Virus record (IMG/VR): IMGVR_UViG_3300026097_001223
Location: 118,330-182,329 of that record
Reading direction: 5' to 3' (one strand)
From: a virus
Length of the DNA stretch: 64,000 bases
A program made the translations under genes and the position numbers. Positions 45,269-52,750 of this stretch are shown in pieces (position 1 is the stretch's first letter; each line of letters opens with the position of its first letter). The notes under the pieces are model-generated. The model saw only the letters and a program-made list of their open reading frames with translations. It did not search any database and was not told the origin of the DNA.

Positions 45269-46327
45269 ATGATCAAAAAACTATTTGCCACTGCGGCACT
45301 AGCAGCGTCAATTTCGACGACGGCAATAGCCGAGTACACCATTGTTGTTCCACAAAAGCCAGGCGGTGGAACAACTGTTTGGACAGAAATTGTAACACAA
45401 CAGTTAGAGAAACATCTTGGCAAGGAAATCACACTGAAATTGATTCCAGGCGCACGTGACATTCCGGGTATTAATGCTTGGCACAATGAGTACCGCTTCG
45501 ATGATAAAACCATTGTGGTTACACACGGCGGCAACGGTGTGAGCTTTCTTCAGGAGCAGGTTGACTACAACTATGCAGATTATGAATCAATCGGCTTGAT
45601 GAACTTGAACATTATTGCTGGTAAAACAGCCGGCGATGACATGAGCAATCCAAGATTTGCAGCTGGTTCGGGCATGGTACCGGAAGCATTTGCTATGACT
45701 ATGTTGCTTTGTGGCCCGGAGAAGTCTGTAGATGAATACGTGGCATGTTTCAAGGATAACGTTAACTGGGTGCCAGGTATGAGTGGCGGAGAAAGACGCC
45801 TTGCATTCCAGCGTGGCGAGCTGAACGGTACTCGTGAAAATCCAGCAAAATTCAAGAGTTCAGTACAGCCATTGATTGATTCTGGTGATGCAGAAGTTTG
45901 GTTCCATCATGGCATTCTACAAACCGATGGTAGTCACGCAGATGACCCAAACTACCCAGGCATGCAGTTTGAAATTTTATTCAAACAGCGTTGGGGAGTT
46001 GCGCCGAGTGGTGAACTATACGATGCTTATAAACTGGTTAAAAGCTTCCGTGACGGACTACAGAAAGCAATATGGATAAACACAGGCAATCCAAACCGTC
46101 AAGAGCTGGTTGATGCACTCACAGCCATGGTCAACGATCCAGAAAGCATGGCAGTGATTGAGAGCAAGGTAGGGCAGTATGATTGGGTAATTGGCGACGC
46201 TGGTAATGCACATAGAGATACACTAATGACATTTGTCACAAAACCTGCGTTGAAAAACCTAGTGAAGTTTAATCAACAAGCACTTGGATTGAATAGTGTT
46301 TTAAAGTCTGAACTTTACGAAAAGTAA
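45269..46327 (+). CDS. tctC: TctC/Bug-family periplasmic substrate-binding protein
   Basis: Signal peptide; IVVP..PGGGT, IPGA, G.GERRLAF.RGEL. Confidence 0.7.
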   Translation: MIKKLFATAALAASISTTAIAEYTIVVPQKPGGGTTVWTEIVTQQLEKHLGKEITLKLIPGARDIPGINAWHNEYRFDDKTIVVTHGGNGVSFLQEQVDYNYADYESIGLMNLNIIAGKTAGDDMSNPRFAAGSGMVPEAFAMTMLLCGPEKSVDEYVACFKDNVNWVPGMSGGERRLAFQRGELNGTRENPAKFKSSVQPLIDSGDAEVWFHHGILQTDGSHADDPNYPGMQFEILFKQRWGVAPSGELYDAYKLVKSFRDGLQKAIWINTGNPNRQELVDALTAMVNDPESMAVIESKVGQYDWVIGDAGNAHRDTLMTFVTKPALKNLVKFNQQALGLNSVLKSELYEK

Positions 46328-46367
46328 AAAACCGAGTAAATACACTCGTTAACAAAAGGAATTCCTG

Positions 46368-47048
46368 ATGACAATCGATAAATCATCTTTCTCTAGCAAC
46401 TGGGCATACGGCCAAGCTAAGAGTAACTATCATTTCAACAATGATCTACTAGACAAAATGGGTCAATACTCATTTGCAGCTGGTCGCTTTGAGGGCGATT
46501 GGAATGCAGAACTTGAAACTGTCAAAGCCAGCATTGCTCCATTGAATTGGAGAAACAGAAAAGACACTGTAAGCGACATGATCGACGCCGAAGAAGCAGA
46601 TCTTGTAGCTGCAGGTGCACCTGCTGATATGACAATTTCAGACTATTACACAGGTGACTGGTCAAACATTCCTGTGATCAACAGCATGATTGACGTTTTT
46701 GGTCTCAACAATGTAGAAAAGAAACTGCATGTGCACAGTCTTGGGCAAGGCTGGAACATTCACATTGATAAACTGGAAGATCGCAATCCAAGCGATCCAA
46801 GTCGTGTTTATCGTTTTATGGTACAGCTAACTGATTGGGAACCTGGTCATTTTGTACTCTACGGTAACCACCATCATCAAGGTTGGAAAGCAGGTGATAT
46901 TACATGGTTTGACTGGGCAAATACCCCACACGCCACAGCAAACATGAACTACAAGCCAAGAATCATGCTCATGGTTACTGGTGTTGCAACTGCTAAAACT
47001 GACGAGTTTATCAACAACGCTACTATAAAAAATCGTTACTCAGTTTAA
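46368..47048 (+). CDS. Fe(II)/2OG-dependent oxygenase-like (Asp/Asn beta-hydroxylase-like cupin)
   Basis: HID, RFMVQLTDW.PG, WKAGD...FDW...PHATAN, PR.MLMVTG. Confidence 0.65.
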   Translation: MTIDKSSFSSNWAYGQAKSNYHFNNDLLDKMGQYSFAAGRFEGDWNAELETVKASIAPLNWRNRKDTVSDMIDAEEADLVAAGAPADMTISDYYTGDWSNIPVINSMIDVFGLNNVEKKLHVHSLGQGWNIHIDKLEDRNPSDPSRVYRFMVQLTDWEPGHFVLYGNHHHQGWKAGDITWFDWANTPHATANMNYKPRIMLMVTGVATAKTDEFINNATIKNRYSV

Positions 47049-47470
47049 TGATTAAAATTCTTGTTATGGGATTGCCAGGCTCCGGAAAGACCTGGCTTTC
47101 CCAACGTTTACAAAAACATCTCGAGTGTGCATGGTACAATGCAGATGCTCTTAGAGAAATGGCCAACGATTGGGAGTTTAATCAGGAGGCTAGACAACGT
47201 CAAGCTCTAAGAATGCGAAACATTGCTGACTTTGAACGCAATCAAGGCAAATCAGTTATCTGCGATTTTGTGTGCCCTACTAAAATTACACGAACATTGT
47301 TTAAAGCTGATGCTGTGATTTGGGTAGACACCATCGACAGCGGTAGATTTGAAGACACAAACCGTGTGTTTGAACCGCCAGAATCAGTTGATTATCATAT
47401 CACTGAACATTTATCAGATGCCGAGATTGCTGACCTAGCAGAGCAAATCAAGCATGACAGAGGTATCTAA
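47048..47470 (+). CDS. adenylyl-sulfate (APS) kinase-like P-loop kinase
   Basis: ILVMGLPGSGKT, WYNAD.LR, DFVCPT, FEDTN..FEPP. Confidence 0.75.
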   Translation: MIKILVMGLPGSGKTWLSQRLQKHLECAWYNADALREMANDWEFNQEARQRQALRMRNIADFERNQGKSVICDFVCPTKITRTLFKADAVIWVDTIDSGRFEDTNRVFEPPESVDYHITEHLSDAEIADLAEQIKHDRGI

Positions 47471-47669
47471 AACAAGACACCTAGCAAAAGCAGTAACCTG
47501 GAGAGTTGTAGCCAGTATTACCACGGCCGCTATTGCATGGTATTTCGGCTTGCCAGCAAAAGCCGTTGGATTTGTGTTTGCAGCAGATTTAGTTATCAAG
47601 TTTGTTTTGTACTATATACATGAGAGAATATGGTACAAGCATATTAAATTTGGAGTGAAAGATGTTTGA
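47454..47669 (+). CDS. DUF2061 small membrane protein
   Basis: RHLAKAVTWRVVAS...IKFVLYYIHERIW. Confidence 0.8.
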   Translation: MTEVSKTRHLAKAVTWRVVASITTAAIAWYFGLPAKAVGFVFAADLVIKFVLYYIHERIWYKHIKFGVKDV

Positions 47670-48063
47670 TTGGAAAAAGCCTACAACACAGATGCTGGGC
47701 AGGTGGCAACCTTGGCACGATGGACACACTGCACTGTTTAAAAAAGCATTAGCAGAAACAGGGCAAGTGATTATCATGTGCAGAGATGTGCCCAAAGATG
47801 TTGAAGCAAATGCTCGGGTTCCTGGTCAGAACGACAATCCTTTTGACTACAGCAGGGTAGTAATAAATATAAGAGAAGGACTTGCAAAACACGGCTTTTA
47901 CGAAGACCAGCACTATGTGATAATGCAAGTGCCAAACATTGTGGACATCAGTTATGGACGCGGTGTAGGATATACATTCACTGAGCATGATCTCGGTGAT
48001 GACATTCACAGTATTTCTGCAACAAAGATTCGTGCAGAGATGAGAAACAAAGGCGAACTATAA
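47662..48063 (+). CDS. minimal HIGH-superfamily nucleotidyltransferase (cytidyltransferase/NadM-like)
   Basis: LGRWQPWHDGH, NPF, ISATKIR. Confidence 0.8.
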   Translation: MFDWKKPTTQMLGRWQPWHDGHTALFKKALAETGQVIIMCRDVPKDVEANARVPGQNDNPFDYSRVVINIREGLAKHGFYEDQHYVIMQVPNIVDISYGRGVGYTFTEHDLGDDIHSISATKIRAEMRNKGEL

Positions 48064-48072
48064 GGATTTAAA

Positions 48073-48537
48073 ATGAAACTAAGCGAAAACTTTACAATGG
48101 CAGAATTTACCAAAAGCCAAACAGCAGAGCGTAAAGGCATTGACAACACACCCGAAGGCGATCACTTGGAAGCTGCCAAAGCATTGTTTGAAAATGTTGT
48201 ACAGAAAGTGAGAGATCACTTTGGACCTACAGTGATCAATTCAGGCTATCGTTCGCCAGAGCTGAACGAAGCAGTTGGCGGAAGTTCACGTTCACAGCAT
48301 TGCAAAGGTGAAGCGGCTGACATTGAAGTACCGGGCGTGCCAAATGCAGAGCTAGCAGAATGGATCCGTGACAACTTGGAATTTGACCAACTGATCCTTG
48401 AGTTTTACACTCCAGGCATTCCAGATTCGGGTTGGGTACACGTTTCATATCTTGCAGACGGTGACAATCGCGGTGAGTGCCTGACAGCAACTCGCATTAA
48501 TGGTAAAACTGAGTATTCAGTAGGGATCAATGGCTGA
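48073..48537 (+). CDS. peptidase M15 family endolysin
   Basis: LSENFT.AEF, SGYRSPELN.AVGG...SQH..GEAADI, WVHVS. Confidence 0.88.
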   Translation: MKLSENFTMAEFTKSQTAERKGIDNTPEGDHLEAAKALFENVVQKVRDHFGPTVINSGYRSPELNEAVGGSSRSQHCKGEAADIEVPGVPNAELAEWIRDNLEFDQLILEFYTPGIPDSGWVHVSYLADGDNRGECLTATRINGKTEYSVGING

Positions 48538-48691
48538 GTGTACTCATTGTTTTAATCAGTGTCATCAAGACAAGCCAATCACTATTCACATCAATGGTAG
48601 TGACATTGGCTTACCTGAGTACGTAACACTGTGCCAACAATGTCAATGCAGCGATTGCAAAAAGCAGAGCAAAGAAGAAGATGGGGATTAA
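48530..48691 (+). CDS. 53-aa Cys-rich (putative Zn-binding) peptide (not in the ORF track)
   Basis: MAECTHCFNQCHQ...LCQQCQCSDCKKQ; overlaps the endolysin stop and the spanin start. Confidence 0.55.
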   Translation: MAECTHCFNQCHQDKPITIHINGSDIGLPEYVTLCQQCQCSDCKKQSKEEDGD

Positions 48692-49142
48692 ACTAGCAGG
48701 AGCAATGGCACTAGTACTTGCACTGGTACTAGCGGCTTTTTACTGGTACTACTCTGACACTCAGGAACGCATTGGAGTGCTGAGAGAAAACAATGCACGT
48801 CTTGAAATTGCAGTACAAACGTCCGAAGCAAGTTTAAAAACCATGCAGTCAGAAATGACTCGACTCAGTGATCTTGCTAGCAATCTGCAAGCTGATCTTC
48901 AACGTGCAGAAGCATACGGCGACGAACTGCGTACAAAGCTCAGAGAGCACAATCTCACAGCACTGGCTATAAAAAAGCCAGGTCAACTAGAAGGTAAAAT
49001 GAATGGCGCTACAGCAAAACTATGGCGTGAAATCATGTCTGATACCGGCGGCAATGGTAGCAAGCCTCTTCCTCAGTGGTTGCAGCCTATTCCCGAGTCC
49101 GGAACCCAAGACACAGATAGTAACACAGATACAGAAAACTGA
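48681..49142 (+). CDS. inner-membrane spanin (Rz-like)
   Basis: N-terminal TM, periplasmic coiled coil, downstream of the endolysin. Confidence 0.75.
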   Translation: MGIKLAGAMALVLALVLAAFYWYYSDTQERIGVLRENNARLEIAVQTSEASLKTMQSEMTRLSDLASNLQADLQRAEAYGDELRTKLREHNLTALAIKKPGQLEGKMNGATAKLWREIMSDTGGNGSKPLPQWLQPIPESGTQDTDSNTDTEN

Positions 49143-49452
49143 GATTCCTGTTGTTGCTAGGCCAAAGCCGGTACAACTGGTTGACACGCAGATCTTTGTG
49201 GTCAATCAAGACAACTATGACGAATTTGTAAAACAGTTCACTGAAATCAACGGCGACCTGGCCTATGTTGCTCTAGCCATCAAAGACTACGAAAACCTTG
49301 CCTTAAACATCTCAGAACTCAAAAGATATATTGACCAACAACAGGAAATCATTGTATACTATGAACGTGCAGTATCACCAGAAGACACACAAGAATCTGA
49401 TGATGTTGACGCCAGTAACGTACTAAGTGAAACTACTGTTGGCAATCAGTGA
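49003..49452 (+). CDS. outer-membrane spanin lipoprotein (Rz1-like), overlapping the i-spanin; start uncertain
   Basis: Lipobox LSGC, Pro-rich linker, YENLALNISELKRYI.QQ. Confidence 0.75.
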   Translation: MALQQNYGVKSCLIPAAMVASLFLSGCSLFPSPEPKTQIVTQIQKTEIPVVARPKPVQLVDTQIFVVNQDNYDEFVKQFTEINGDLAYVALAIKDYENLALNISELKRYIDQQQEIIVYYERAVSPEDTQESDDVDASNVLSETTVGNQ

Positions 49453-50294
49453 TAGAAAACATACGAAATATCTGCAGAGAAAATCAACAATTACTTTGGC
49501 TAGCAACTGACCGGCCTGAGCGCACAGGATCTCCTTTGACATCTAATATCAATTATCGGTTTAACAGCAGGGGATTTCGCGATCATGAGTGGCCTGACAA
49601 CCTCGACAACACGTCGTGGTTATTAGGTGGATCTCATATGGTAGGGGTAGGACTTTCATTCGAAGATACTGCCACTGTACAGTTAAACTCTATTAATGTG
49701 AGTATACTGAATGCCAGTAACTCGTGGATTGCAAGGCAAATACTTTGGTTGTTTGCAGAAAATATTAAAATCAATAATGTTATAATACAATGGCAAAGTG
49801 TTTTAAGCACTGAGCTAGATTTAAAACAAGCTAAGTCACTGGAGTTTTTAGCATTGTACAAAGATATTAAAAAGTTTCATTGGCCTAAGGTAAAAACTGT
49901 TCAAGATTTAAATCTTGTCAATCCAATTATCATGGAAAATCTTGATCAAGACCCATACGGGCGTAAAGTAAATCGAATGAGAGGTGCTCAAGAAACTGCA
50001 CAAATTCCTTATCGCCCTGAACGATTGTTCTGCATGGGAGGGGCAAGAAGTTTGATTGAAGATATTGTCAGTGTCGAAGCAGCATGTCTCTGTGATACAA
50101 AACTTATTCATGCATTTGCACCTGGCTTTGCAACAGACAAAGAAAAACAATACATATATTCGACATTGGATGAAATGCAGATTTCCTATGTACCTGAATT
50201 AAAACAAATAGACTACAGTAGAGATAACAAGCACAGCGGTATACAAACCGTCCGCCATTTTGTTGCACAAGTAAAAGATCAATTGGTATGCTAA
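49449..50294 (+). CDS. SGNH-like phage protein (tandem paralogue 1)
   Basis: YRFNSRGFRD.EWP, LGGSHMVGVG, ASNSWIAR, RDNKHSG. Confidence 0.6.
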   Translation: MIENIRNICRENQQLLWLATDRPERTGSPLTSNINYRFNSRGFRDHEWPDNLDNTSWLLGGSHMVGVGLSFEDTATVQLNSINVSILNASNSWIARQILWLFAENIKINNVIIQWQSVLSTELDLKQAKSLEFLALYKDIKKFHWPKVKTVQDLNLVNPIIMENLDQDPYGRKVNRMRGAQETAQIPYRPERLFCMGGARSLIEDIVSVEAACLCDTKLIHAFAPGFATDKEKQYIYSTLDEMQISYVPELKQIDYSRDNKHSGIQTVRHFVAQVKDQLVC

Positions 50295-51154
50295 ACAACA
50301 TACGAAATATATGTAGAGAAAATAAAACTTTGCAATGGTTTGCAACCGACCAGCTAGAAAGTTGCGATCCTAGTTGGGTCACCCCTATTGAATACAGTTT
50401 TAACAGTCGTGGTTTTAGAGATCGCGAATGGCCCAGTGATTTAACAAATGTCATTTGGTTTGTTGGGGGTAGTGAACTATTAGGCACAGGAGTAGCCTAT
50501 CAAGATGCTCCGCCTAGAGTGGTTGAAAATTTAACACAGCGTCGATGCATAGATATCAGCATTCAGCGAGCAAGTAACAACTGGATTGCAAGGCAGGTAC
50601 ATAACATTCTCGACAGCGATGCTAACCCGCAAACCATTGTAGTACAATGGAGCTTTACAACACGATGGGAATTGAGTAAACAACAAGCCAAAGATCAGGA
50701 GTTACAATGGTTGTATCAGGCAATCAAGCTCGACAACTGGCCTGAGCAAATCAAGTCGTTTGCTGAGTACAAAAAATTACCAGAAGAAATACAATACGCG
50801 GTTGCGCAAGATGAATATTTTCAAAAGATATGCAATATGTCGGGTGCAGAAGAAAGTGGACAAATTCATTATAAAAAAGAACTGTTGCTTGATTGGGCAG
50901 GTGCTAAACACACACTAGATCTAGTGAGCCAAATTGAACAAAAAAGAAATCTTACTCAAGTAATATACACATTTGTGCCAAAGTTTGCCGAACCTGATGA
51001 ACGTGAATTTGTGTACAAGGAACTTGACAAAATAGGTGCAGACTATATTCCAGAGTATAACCAGATTGATCTAGCTCGTGACAGAAGTCACAGTGGTCCA
51101 GAGACATTTAAATTATTTGGCCGTAGAATAACCGCAAAGATTGAAGATTTATGA
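50288..51154 (+). CDS. SGNH-like phage protein (tandem paralogue 2)
   Basis: YSFNSRGFRDREWP, VGGSELLGTG, ASNNWIAR, ARDRSHSG. Confidence 0.6.
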   Translation: MLNNIRNICRENKTLQWFATDQLESCDPSWVTPIEYSFNSRGFRDREWPSDLTNVIWFVGGSELLGTGVAYQDAPPRVVENLTQRRCIDISIQRASNNWIARQVHNILDSDANPQTIVVQWSFTTRWELSKQQAKDQELQWLYQAIKLDNWPEQIKSFAEYKKLPEEIQYAVAQDEYFQKICNMSGAEESGQIHYKKELLLDWAGAKHTLDLVSQIEQKRNLTQVIYTFVPKFAEPDEREFVYKELDKIGADYIPEYNQIDLARDRSHSGPETFKLFGRRITAKIEDL

Positions 51155-52005
51155 TTATTGATAATGCAAAATTCCTTGAGCATGCTAGCAAAAATCTAGC
51201 ACTGTGCAGTTTAAAAACCTACAGCGACACCCTGTTGTTTTACTATCTTGGATATCTTGCTGTAAATTACACTAGACAGCCAATAGCAGAAATAGGTGTC
51301 GGCGGCAGTAGTGCTGCACTACAAGAACTCAGCGAAAAATACAACACAGTCTACTACGCTATTGATAACACTCAGGAAAGATTAGACAATTTTGCCTCAC
51401 TTAGTGGAATGTTTCCTAATAGTAAAACACAGCATGTATGCAAATACAGTGACCGATTATCCAGTGAAGAGTTTGATTCACTGGGATACATACACCTTGA
51501 TGGAGACAAAAACCGAGCAACAGCCGAAAACGATCTTGTATTTGCAGCAAATGCATTGTCAAAAAATGGTATAATCTGTCAAGACGACTATGGTAACAAC
51601 AAGTGGCCTAGTATAACAAGAGCAGTGCACAACATTTGTGCACAAGGCAATCTAAAGCCTATCCTAATCGGTGACAGCAGTATCTGGTTAGTAAAACCAG
51701 AGAATCACAGCCGCTGGATGAGCTGGTTACGTCAAGACAGTGAACTAAAAATATTATCGCAGTATATAAACCTATCACACAGCAACAGTATAGGCGACGA
51801 GGATTACTTCTATATGAATTATTTTAGTTTTATCAACTTTATTGACACAGCGCCGCATGCCGAGTATTATAAAAGACTAGACAAATATCACAGCAAGCAC
51901 TATCTGCAAATGCCGTATAAGGTGCAAAGTCGCCCTGGGCAGCACACAAAACATCGTATCTTGGATAAACTAAATGGATTACTATCAAGTTCTAGGCATT
52001 TCTAG
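51151..52005 (+). CDS. class I SAM-dependent methyltransferase (Methyltransf_24-like)
   Basis: AEIGVG, YIHLDG, L.KNGIICQDDY. Confidence 0.7.
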   Translation: MIIDNAKFLEHASKNLALCSLKTYSDTLLFYYLGYLAVNYTRQPIAEIGVGGSSAALQELSEKYNTVYYAIDNTQERLDNFASLSGMFPNSKTQHVCKYSDRLSSEEFDSLGYIHLDGDKNRATAENDLVFAANALSKNGIICQDDYGNNKWPSITRAVHNICAQGNLKPILIGDSSIWLVKPENHSRWMSWLRQDSELKILSQYINLSHSNSIGDEDYFYMNYFSFINFIDTAPHAEYYKRLDKYHSKHYLQMPYKVQSRPGQHTKHRILDKLNGLLSSSRHF

Positions 52006-52750
52006 AAATTCCGACGAACAAGAAATTAAACGTGCATATCGAAAACTGGCCATGAAGCATCATCCAGATCGCGGCGGCAACCCTGAAGAGTTTGCTAAAG
52101 TGCAGGAGGCGTACGACATGTTGACTAATACACAAGCTCGCGGGCACTTTGATAGTCCTCAGCCCGACTTTGATTTCAGTGGCGGCGGATTCGAAGATAT
52201 TTTCTCTCATGTGTTTGGCACAGACGGTTCATTTGGGTTTGGGCCCAGGCAACAAAGACAGCAGCGAATGCAACGTATTCAAGTGCCGATTGATTTTAAA
52301 ACCAGTCTAACCGGCGGTGTTCAGCATATTGCACTTGCCGGATTCCGGGACCCGATTGAAATTCAAGTGCCCAGTGGAGTTGACAACGGAGATCAAATAC
52401 GCTATCCTAGACTATTACAAGGTGAAGATCTTGTGGTACTGTTTAGAGTTCATCCTCATCCGGAATATCATCGTGATAGACTGGATCTACACACGGAAAT
52501 ATCTGTAGACGTGTTTGATCTCATTCTAGGGCACACTGTGATGTTTACTTCGCTGTGTGGTAAAACCATAAAACTTAATATCAAAGCTGGCACTCAACCG
52601 GAAACAGTTTTGAGAATACCGCACATGGGTGTAGAAAAGGGGCATGTTAAAGGCAACCTATACATCAAAGTAAGAGCAAGAATACCAGACAATGTCGACG
52701 ACAACGTATTAAATACTATCAAAGCCAACAGAGAAAAAAATGAGCAATAA
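51974..52750 (+). CDS. dnaJ: DnaJ-class co-chaperone without Zn finger
   Basis: DYYQVLG, AYRKLAMKHHPD, G/F-rich linker, C-terminal domain with LRIP..G. Confidence 0.9.
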   Translation: MDYYQVLGISRNSDEQEIKRAYRKLAMKHHPDRGGNPEEFAKVQEAYDMLTNTQARGHFDSPQPDFDFSGGGFEDIFSHVFGTDGSFGFGPRQQRQQRMQRIQVPIDFKTSLTGGVQHIALAGFRDPIEIQVPSGVDNGDQIRYPRLLQGEDLVVLFRVHPHPEYHRDRLDLHTEISVDVFDLILGHTVMFTSLCGKTIKLNIKAGTQPETVLRIPHMGVEKGHVKGNLYIKVRARIPDNVDDNVLNTIKANREKNEQ

